Source: Syntrophales bacterium (lineage in GTDB: Bacteria; Desulfobacterota; Syntrophia; Syntrophales; UBA2210). From it: a stretch of 64,000 nucleotides of DNA. The first letter of the stretch is position 1. Every line of letters begins with the position of its first letter. The notes beneath the pieces are model-generated. The model was not told the origin of the DNA and did not search any database. It worked only from the letters and a program-made list of their open reading frames with translations. The stretch spans positions 1,241-65,240 of the forward strand of contig DAISYQ010000012.1 of the NCBI GenBank assembly GCA_036825195.1, read 5' to 3'. Both the position numbers and the translations under genes were made by a program. Below are positions 39,237 through 46,253 of this stretch, piece after piece.

Positions 39237-39704
39237 TTACCCGTTTCCGACACTTATCTTCTCTTTCGGGACGAGTCTCTGCGGCTGGAGGTTCATGCAG
39301 GATGGTTCTGCGAGCAATCCGTCGAATGTTGCTTCCCGCAGGGTATCCCTCAACCGCGCTCTTGCCTTTTCCCAGACCACATTCACGGAACATGAAGCAC
39401 TTCTGGAGCAGGAACCGGGTCTCATGATGCAATCATTAAGAAATATCTCGCCGATAACGGACTCGACCACATCCAGGAGCGTTATTTCCTCCGGTGGCAC
39501 CAGGAGGCGATATCCACCCTTGGCTCCCTGAACGATCTCAAGAAATCCGGCTCTGGCAAGTTGCTGAGCAATCTTACCCATAAATTGTTCGGGGATATCC
39601 ATTTCCCGGGTAATCTCTCTGCGGGGAACAACGGTTCCTTTTTTCTGCCCGGCAAGATAAAGAATACATCGCACCGCATATTCTCCGGCCCGTGTCAGAC
39701 GCAT
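39237..39704 (-). CDS. Rrf2 family transcriptional regulator
   Basis: MRLTRAGEYAVRCILYLAG is a canonical Rrf2 N-terminus. A C-terminal Cys cluster (CIMRPGSCSRSASC) suggests Fe-S sensing. The ORF extends 4 codons upstream to 39716. Confidence 0.9.
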   Translation of the reverse strand: MRLTRAGEYAVRCILYLAGQKKGTVVPRREITREMDIPEQFMGKIAQQLARAGFLEIVQGAKGGYRLLVPPEEITLLDVVESVIGEIFLNDCIMRPGSCSRSASCSVNVVWEKARARLRDTLREATFDGLLAEPSCMNLQPQRLVPKEKISVGNG

Positions 39705-39725
39705 GGCTTCCTCCAAATGAGATAA

Positions 39726-39746
39726 ATAGGATGTTTTTAATCCTAT
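39726..39746. promoter_or_regulatory. candidate Rrf2 operator
   Basis: ATAGGAT-N7-ATCCTAT is a perfect inverted repeat. It lies 22 nt upstream of the rrf2 ATG at 39704. Confidence 0.45.
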
Positions 39747-39860
39747 ATATTGGTAGATTAACCGGCTGTCAAGCTTTTTCTATGTACGCTCATCCGGATT
39801 TTTCTGAAGAATCTGTGGGGGAATCAGCGCGCAAGAGACGGGGAAACTCATGTATCTATG

Positions 39861-40075
39861 GAGCGGGGGAGGGAATTTTGGAGGGCGTTTCCACTTACGG
39901 ATACTCCCTATCGGTAAAAAACTCGAGGATGATCCGGATCATCGCGGCGCGGGTGTAAATGTCGTTTTGTTTACGTGCAAGTTTCCAGTTTCTGTCAATC
40001 ATTTTCAGTTGTGAGTCCAATAGTTCTATATTTGTAAACTCCAATTTTCCGGATAACTCGGGTTAATAATTAAAA
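39861..40075 (-). repeat. direct repeat copy 2 (epmA 5' fragment plus leader remnant)
   Basis: See copy 1. This copy carries a 26-nt insertion relative to copy 1 just upstream of the ATG. Confidence 0.85.
39895..40002 (-). pseudogene. epmA 5' stub (35 codons then TAA)
   Basis: Translates to MIDRNWKLARKQNDIYTRAAMIRIILEFFTDREYP*. The intact EpmA reads MVDRNWKLSRKQNDLHTRAAMIRIIREFFTDREYLEVETP... Confidence 0.85.
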
Positions 40076-40164
40076 TTAATGAATCAGTTCCAAGGGGTAA
40101 AATCATAATGCTACCATAATGCTTTAAGTTTGTATCATGAGAAAATGGATAACTATTTGAATAT

Positions 40165-40689
40165 TCAAGATGATATATAACTAACTCTTAAATTTTGGGG
40201 GGCATCAGGTGGACGGAGGAGTGGCTCGGGAGAAGATAAAACATTTTCGAGATATTCATTTGTAATGATAAATGATTCATTTGATAAGACTTGACTTTTT
40301 TCATATGTGTTTAATCTACTTAAAAAATGTAGAGGTAAAAAAAGTACCGAAGAGATAATCAAACATGATAACAAAGTTGGAGCCATTGCTATAAATAAAG
40401 TTTTTATTTTTAATAAGAATGATATGCTAGATAGGTCAAATTTACTATATATGTTTTTCCGTGTTGATTGATGAACTCTTCTTTTATCAAACTCCTGTTC
40501 TATCGCCTCACTTATTTTTTCATTATCATGAGTATTCTGTGAGTTATATCTTCCAATTGATTTACATAAAAGAAAAGATTCATTATCAATTGTTAGATAA
40601 TTCAATAAGCTTCTATAACATTGAATACCCCAATAGCAACCTGAACATGCCAATAAGACATAATATATGACTTTATTCTGTATATTCAT
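40165..40689 (-). CDS. small membrane protein, lipoprotein-like N-terminus, Pro-rich tail (third gene of the ExbB/ExbD-like operon)
   Basis: 174-aa ORF starting 1 nt after the upstream stop. Features are MNIQNKVIYYVLLAC (lipobox-like), a TM at about residues 96-123, and the tail SSPEPLLRPPDAPQ. I recognise no family. Confidence 0.5.
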   Translation of the reverse strand: MNIQNKVIYYVLLACSGCYWGIQCYRSLLNYLTIDNESFLLCKSIGRYNSQNTHDNEKISEAIEQEFDKRRVHQSTRKNIYSKFDLSSISFLLKIKTLFIAMAPTLLSCLIISSVLFLPLHFLSRLNTYEKSQVLSNESFIITNEYLENVLSSPEPLLRPPDAPQNLRVSYISS

Positions 40690-40690
40690 C

Positions 40691-41191
40691 TTACTGAAAA
40701 TATGTTTTTATTTCTTGTCTGATATTTTTTGCTAACCATTCTTGTACAATATAACATAAATGATAATTGGGTGTTGTTTTACTCTTCATTAATACTAAAA
40801 TTACCTTTTCTGAATTTTTAAATGATTCGATCTCTCTTTTTAAAATATCTATTATAGATTGACTAGATACAGGGAAGTCCCTTATTTTTTCTCCACTCTT
40901 GATTATGGAGAGAATGTCGTACCCATTTTTCTGATTAATAACGAGAACAGTGATATCATCAGGTAATGTTGATGGTGGACTTTGTCCATTTCCGACCTGA
41001 CGAACTTCCAATTGATATGCATTTTCATACTCTGACACTGGTTGAATACCAAAAATAACAGAAGCGATAATAAGAGCAAATGATAATAATGTAAAAAGAT
41101 CCACTAACGATTCAAAATTATCATCAGATTCTTGAAATAGAGAAAACTGTGTTTTATTTAGTCTACTCTGCATTATGAATAATTTTTTCAT
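40691..41191 (-). CDS. ExbD/TolR-like single-pass membrane protein
   Basis: 166-aa ORF with TM ESLVDLFTLLSFALIIASVIFG carrying an Asp at the cytoplasmic edge. The periplasmic domain shows an ExbD-like pattern (ITVLVINQKNGYDIL...EKVILVLMKSKTTPNYH). An alternative start lies at 41173. It overlaps the upstream gene. Confidence 0.55.
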   Translation of the reverse strand: MKKLFIMQSRLNKTQFSLFQESDDNFESLVDLFTLLSFALIIASVIFGIQPVSEYENAYQLEVRQVGNGQSPPSTLPDDITVLVINQKNGYDILSIIKSGEKIRDFPVSSQSIIDILKREIESFKNSEKVILVLMKSKTTPNYHLCYIVQEWLAKNIRQEIKTYFQ

Positions 41192-42251
41192 CTAAAACAG
41201 GGGTTTGATTATTTATAGAATTTTCGATTTTAAAAAAATAAATATCAGCCCGAATTAATATTTTATCGTTCAGCTTTTTATGTAATATTGATGTTAATCT
41301 TATGAGCAGTCCAACAAATGTAGATATCATTGCTATTTGAATAGCTTCAAAAAAACTACTTATACCTATATCTCCTAACTCTCTTATAGATGGGTGTAAA
41401 GCAGCAATTAATGATGAAATAGTTAATGTGAATCCAACAGCTGGTCCCAAGACCTGTAAAAATCTGAGCCAATTATCTTTTCTCACATAATGCATTCCAA
41501 AATTATCTTTTGCGCTCACAATGTTTGATGGTGGTAATAGCGATTCTCCATTATCAGGAAAATACTTTTCATTGATATATCTTTCAAATCTTACATTAGA
41601 AAGTAATATGAATTTACAGTTAAATAATAGATTTGTAACTGTGACTAGAAAAAAGAGGGTAAATATTGTTAAAATGTAATTACTTATCGAGTCATTATAT
41701 TTTAATAGCAGTAAGGCTAAAGACTCACGAATATATCTACGATCTTCGTATGTTTTGTTTCCCGATAGTATATAGTTATCAAAAAATTCTTTAAGATCAA
41801 TCTGTTGCCCATCGATTGTAACGTTTATAATTTCTGTTGGACTGTATAGTTGATTCTTGGTGTTTATAATGATTCTAAATCCTTCACTATCATCATATTG
41901 ATCAAGGTTTAATTTATCAGTATAAAGATTTTTTAACGTTAATGTTTTGACATTTTGTTCAATCCTTTTTTCTCGATAATCATTTTTATTGTTACTATTT
42001 ACACGCCTCATCGCATAGAAAAAAACAAAGGTTTCATGTTTGAAGTTTATTGAACACTCTCTAAAATTATTCGGTAAATTCAGTGTTATTTTTTTTGTAG
42101 TTATTTTTATAGAAATATTGTTTGACCAAAGAGGATAAAGAATGAATGCTATTGAGGCAAATATGATGCAGAGAGAGATGACATATTTATTTCTACATAT
42201 GGATTTTATTTTTTCTAAAAAATCACCAATGTTTCTCTCATCGGTTGACAT
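41163..42251 (-). CDS. MotA/TolQ/ExbB-like proton-channel family protein with a large N-terminal loop domain
   Basis: 362-aa ORF with RBS AAGAGG 7 nt upstream and four predicted TMs. The C-terminal TM pair LGPAVGFTLTISSLIAAL / FFEAIQIAMISTFVGLLIRL resembles the MotA_ExbB signature. Confidence 0.55.
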   Translation of the reverse strand: MSTDERNIGDFLEKIKSICRNKYVISLCIIFASIAFILYPLWSNNISIKITTKKITLNLPNNFRECSINFKHETFVFFYAMRRVNSNNKNDYREKRIEQNVKTLTLKNLYTDKLNLDQYDDSEGFRIIINTKNQLYSPTEIINVTIDGQQIDLKEFFDNYILSGNKTYEDRRYIRESLALLLLKYNDSISNYILTIFTLFFLVTVTNLLFNCKFILLSNVRFERYINEKYFPDNGESLLPPSNIVSAKDNFGMHYVRKDNWLRFLQVLGPAVGFTLTISSLIAALHPSIRELGDIGISSFFEAIQIAMISTFVGLLIRLTSILHKKLNDKILIRADIYFFKIENSINNQTPVLDEKIIHNAE

Positions 42252-42630
42252 AATTAACCTCTTTTAAATAATAGGAAAACAACGATTTAAGAATTTATTT
42301 TGTAGGTTAACTTCAATATTAATGTTGTTTTGTAGAATTGAGTGAAGACCGTTCCTTACTTTTTAGTGAGTTACAGTGAAAAGCTATATAAACAAAGTAA
42401 ATCAAGTCATTATATCAATTGGGACATTAAGGGGACACAATACATAATTTGAATTAAGTGTTATGTCCTCAGAATTGCGCCTAATTGCGAATTACCCTCT
42501 TGTGAAGAACTGACTCTATAACTTCTTTTTCATCTATCATCTTTCTCTCTTTTTATTAACATAACGACAAGCTTACCAGCCCGCGTGACAAGGCCGTCGT
42601 GGGTCAGGTGAAACGCCAAGTTAGTGAAAT

Positions 42631-42918
42631 TTAGCCTTTCCAAGTATCATGAAGCCATTCAAATTTTTTCGTTTGTCCGAAGCCTGCCCAATCAGTATTA
42701 CTTTCTATTGCGAGCACTATCATATCAACGTCTGGTATCAATTCCTGTACTTTGTCTCGGATGCTTGCGACATTCCAAGTATTAGTACTGTCAGTTAACA
42801 ACCATGCATCACTGAACCAATGCCAATAACCCATGTGGTCCTTAAAATAATTTGAGACAGTATTTTGTTGTATTTCTGTTGCATTATCTATAACGAGGAT
42901 GAAACGTTTCTTATTCAT
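42631..42918 (-). CDS. small Trp-rich soluble protein of unknown function
   Basis: The ORF is open to 42939. ATG 42918 lies 6 nt after GGAGAGGAGG and overlaps the stop of the upstream 2-TM gene. I recognise no family. Confidence 0.5.
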   Translation of the reverse strand: MNKKRFILVIDNATEIQQNTVSNYFKDHMGYWHWFSDAWLLTDSTNTWNVASIRDKVQELIPDVDMIVLAIESNTDWAGFGQTKKFEWLHDTWKG

Positions 42919-43294
42919 GATCATCCTCCTCTCCTGCAATCAAGGACTTAGGTTCGTTGCTTAAGGTATACAGAGTCTTTTCGTCTCTTAGTCCGGTCAG
43001 GTTATCTCCTACCAACCCACGTTCAATAGCCATCTTGGACAGTGTGTAACTTTCTGATCTTAATGCATCTGGGCTTTTGATTAAGAAATATATATAAGCG
43101 CCTAAAAACGTAGTCAAAACAACAGCAAGCGCACTAGCGATTCCAATCAAGATCCATGAAGGAGCACCTGCTATTGCTGTAATCGGAATGCTTGTTAAAA
43201 GCATTGCTATCACCCATTGTAGGGCATGCAAGGCTGTTGACCTAGCACCTTTAGCACTAGCCTCAGAAAAAAAACTATGAATAATATTTGTCAT
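42911..43294 (-). CDS. small 2-TM membrane protein of unknown function
   Basis: ATG 43294 is preceded by GAAGGAG. Two hydrophobic helices are followed by an acidic C-terminal tail. The ORF track extends it to 43366. Confidence 0.5.
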   Translation of the reverse strand: MTNIIHSFFSEASAKGARSTALHALQWVIAMLLTSIPITAIAGAPSWILIGIASALAVVLTTFLGAYIYFLIKSPDALRSESYTLSKMAIERGLVGDNLTGLRDEKTLYTLSNEPKSLIAGEEDDHE

Positions 43295-43483
43295 AGAAAC
43301 TCCTTCGAACACCAACAAATTATTATATTGAACAATATAACTTCGAAAGAAAAAACCCTGAAACACTTTCCTTTATGTAACATTTGTATTTTCTGTCAGG
43401 ATATCACACAACATGGAATTGTATGCCGTTAACAGGGTGCCTTAACATGCTGGAGATACCTGAATTCGGATAGTCTTCCTGAT

Positions 43484-43770
43484 TTTCTCAATAAACTCAA
43501 AGAAACGGAACACAACAAAAACAAGCCCATAAATCGGTACATCTGTTTTATGAAGCGGCAAGCCAACAGACTGCATTAAAGATGTCTTAGATCTGATAAG
43601 TCAACAGAGCGAGCTGGATCTAATACCCAATATTTGCTCCGATAATTCTTACCGAAAAGAGAATTTTCGTAACTATACCAAATTACCGATAATTCACAAA
43701 GGGGAAATTAAGTATAAATGGGAAAAAAGACAGAACCGTGCCTCTACCCAAAACGGTGTGTCCGGAATGA
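43484..43770 (+). pseudogene. possible tyrosine recombinase (integrase) debris
   Basis: Two short fragments lie in different frames. FLNKLKETEHNKNKPINRYICFMKR is like the N-terminal core-binding helix region. FTKGKLSINGKKDRTVPLPKTV is like the GKGxKxRxVPL strand of integrase catalytic domains. Both are interrupted by stops and far too short for a functional gene. Confidence 0.3.
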
Positions 43771-43819
43771 CAGGCCCATCGTTAACAGATAAAAAATACA
43801 CAAGAAAAATCTGAAAAAT

Positions 43820-44383
43820 TTATTCTTTGACGCGGGTAAGGTACTCGCCGGTACGCGTGTCGATTCTGATCTTTTCGCCTTCTTCGATGAAGGGTGGTAC
43901 CAGAAGGCTGTAGCCTGTTTCGACTTCGATCGGTTTTGTCCTTCCCGTAACCGAGTCCCCCTTTGCCCAGGGTTCCGCTTTGGTGACGGTGAGGTCAACG
44001 AAATTGGGGAGAGTTACGCCGAGTGGCTTATCTCCGAAAAAGAGGATTTCCACGTCCAGATTGTCGAGCAGGAAGTTTTTTGCGTCCCCCAGCTGATCTT
44101 CTGTCAGGAAAACCTGTTCGTATGTCTCCGTGTCCATGAAACAGTATTTCCCGCCTTCTTCGTAAAGGTACTGCATCTTTTTTTCCTGCAGATTGGCGGG
44201 TTCGAAGGTATCCACGGAACGGTAGGTGCGTTCAAACTGGTTTCCGTTGATCATGTTTCTGAGTTTACATCGATAAAGAGATTGTCCCTTGCCGGGTTTT
44301 GAAAACTCAAAATCAACTATTACATATGGATCACCATCGATCTGTATCTTCAGGTTTTTTCTCAAGTCGCTTGCATTATACAT
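43820..44383 (-). CDS. efp: elongation factor P
   Basis: 187-aa ORF. MYNASDLRKNLKIQIDGDPYVIVDFEFSKPGKGQSLYRCKLRN contains the KPGKG loop lysine targeted by EpmA. Confidence 0.96.
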   Translation of the reverse strand: MYNASDLRKNLKIQIDGDPYVIVDFEFSKPGKGQSLYRCKLRNMINGNQFERTYRSVDTFEPANLQEKKMQYLYEEGGKYCFMDTETYEQVFLTEDQLGDAKNFLLDNLDVEILFFGDKPLGVTLPNFVDLTVTKAEPWAKGDSVTGRTKPIEVETGYSLLVPPFIEEGEKIRIDTRTGEYLTRVKE

Positions 44384-44492
44384 GGCCTGCTCCTTTGTTT
44401 TTTAAGGAATTCAATAAATCCGTACTTCTATTCTATTTGGTGGGATATGTCAAAAAAATGTTGGAGTCTTCCGGTGAGGGGATAAAGACGGG

Positions 44493-46178
44493 TTACATCC
44501 TGGTGACTCTGAACACCTCTTCGATGGTGGTGATCCCTTCCAGTACCTTCCGCGAGCCGTCGTGGAGCATGGTGGTCATACCGGATTTGATCGCTTCTCG
44601 GAGGATCTGGTTCGAGTCGGATGTCTTCAGTATTAGTTTCTTCAAGTGATCGTCGAGGACCATCATTTCAAAGATGGCGGTTCTTCCCTTGTACCCCGTA
44701 TTCATGCAGGCGGGACAGCCCTTCTTCCGGTAGATGGTGTGGTCTTGCAGCAGACCCTTGTCGATGCCTATCCTCATCAGGGATTTGTCGTCCGGTGCAT
44801 AGGCTTCCCTGCATTGAGGGCAGAGCACCCTGACGAGCCGCTGGGCGATGATCGCGATGACGGACGATGACACCAGGAACGGTTCCACGTCCATGTCCGT
44901 CATGCGTGTTATCGCACTGGCCGCGTCGTTGGTGTGGAGTGTGGAAAAGACCAGATGTCCGGTGAGGGAGGATTGAATGGCAATCTCCGAGGTCTCCTTG
45001 TCCCGGATTTCTCCGACCAGTATCACGTCCGGGTCCTGTCTCACGATGGATCTCAGACCCTTTGCGAAGGTAAGATCGATCTTGGGGTTGACCTGTATCT
45101 GGCCGATCCCCTCTATCTGATATTCTATGGGGTCCTCGATGGTGATGATGTTGATCTCAGGGCTGTTGATGGTGGAGAGGGCCGCGTAGAGGGTCGTGGT
45201 CTTTCCGCTCCCCGTCGGACCCGTTACCAGAATGATGCCATAGGGAGATTTGATCAGTTCGTTGAAGGTGGCTAACTGATCGTCGTGCATTCCCAGGTCG
45301 GACAGCTTCAGAATGGTGCCGGTCTTGTCGAGGAGCCGGAGGACGGCCCGTTCACCAAAGGCGGTTGGGATGACGGATACCCGTATGTCGATGGCCTTGT
45401 CGCCGATCTTGATGTCTATCCTCCCGTCCTGGGGCAGCCTCTTTTCCGCGATATTGAGCTTTGCCATGACCTTCACCCTTGAAATCAGTGAAGATTGGAT
45501 CCTCTTCGGGAGTTTGAGAATGTTGTACAGGACGCCGTCTATCCGGTATCTGATAACGAGCGAGTTCTGATAGGGCTCTATGTGGATGTCGCTGGCCCTG
45601 TCTTTGACGGCGCGCGAGAGGGTAAGGTTCACCAGCCGTATGATCGGCGCGTCGCTGGTATCGTCAAGCAGGTCGGCTGTCTCTTCTATCTCGGAGATGA
45701 TGCTGTCCGGCGATTCCTCCTCGTTCATATCCTGGATGAACTCTTCGGCCGAATCCCCTCCCTGATCGTATGCGAAATTTATGGCCGAGAGAATGGCGGT
45801 CTGTGTGGAAAGGACGATGCGGGCATCTTTCCAATCCAGTATATGAAGAATATCGTCGACCGACTGAAATTTGGATGGGTCGTTCACCGCCACAAAGGTT
45901 CCGTCCGGTGTTTCAAGCGGTACCATCTTCTGCCGTCGCAGGTACTGGATGGAGAGGGATTTCGTGAAGCCCACGCCGAGATTTTCGGAGGGGAGATTGG
46001 GCCAGAAGGGTATCCCGAGCCGAGCTCCCATTGCCTCCAGGAGAGCGGTTTCGCTGACGTCCTTCCTCTGGATCAGCCTGTCGATAAGCGTCTCGCCCGC
46101 GGCGACGGGCAGCCGTAACACATCTGCTATAATCTCTTCGGAAAGACCATATGCCGCAAGCTGAGATTCCCTGTTCAT
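44493..46178 (-). CDS. gspE: type II secretion system ATPase GspE
   Basis: 561-aa ORF with Walker A GPTGSGKTTT, Asp box, Walker B ILVGEIRD, His box, and tetracysteine CPQC...CPAC. Confidence 0.92.
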   Translation of the reverse strand: MNRESQLAAYGLSEEIIADVLRLPVAAGETLIDRLIQRKDVSETALLEAMGARLGIPFWPNLPSENLGVGFTKSLSIQYLRRQKMVPLETPDGTFVAVNDPSKFQSVDDILHILDWKDARIVLSTQTAILSAINFAYDQGGDSAEEFIQDMNEEESPDSIISEIEETADLLDDTSDAPIIRLVNLTLSRAVKDRASDIHIEPYQNSLVIRYRIDGVLYNILKLPKRIQSSLISRVKVMAKLNIAEKRLPQDGRIDIKIGDKAIDIRVSVIPTAFGERAVLRLLDKTGTILKLSDLGMHDDQLATFNELIKSPYGIILVTGPTGSGKTTTLYAALSTINSPEINIITIEDPIEYQIEGIGQIQVNPKIDLTFAKGLRSIVRQDPDVILVGEIRDKETSEIAIQSSLTGHLVFSTLHTNDAASAITRMTDMDVEPFLVSSSVIAIIAQRLVRVLCPQCREAYAPDDKSLMRIGIDKGLLQDHTIYRKKGCPACMNTGYKGRTAIFEMMVLDDHLKKLILKTSDSNQILREAIKSGMTTMLHDGSRKVLEGITTIEEVFRVTRM

Positions 46179-46253
46179 GGCCGGTATCCTGAGATTTCCC
46201 GAAACATGATCGGGATCGGGGAAATAACATTTTTTGTTGTCATATCACTTCCC

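Larger units (their letters stand above)
40076..43819. mobile_element. degraded low-GC integrated island between the epmA stub and the efp 3' end
   Basis: GC drops abruptly to about 30% in sampled lines of 40.1-42.3 kb and is intermediate at 42.5-43.8 kb, against more than 50% on both sides. All five ORFs are family-orphan membrane or small proteins. Recombinase-like debris sits at the efp-proximal edge. Confidence 0.6.

Noticed and set aside
36261-39861. Exact 3600-nt offset between the two epmA repeat copies
   Set aside because: It is probably a coincidence of cassette length. I see no periodic structure in between that would give it meaning.
39692-39958. 88-aa plus-strand ORF across the rrf2 promoter and repeat copy 2
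   Set aside because: It spans an operator/promoter region and the antisense of the epmA stub. It has no RBS or motif.
43744-43998. 84-aa minus-strand ORF overlapping the efp 3' end
   Set aside because: It is out of frame with the strongly supported efp gene and has a basic, low-complexity translation.
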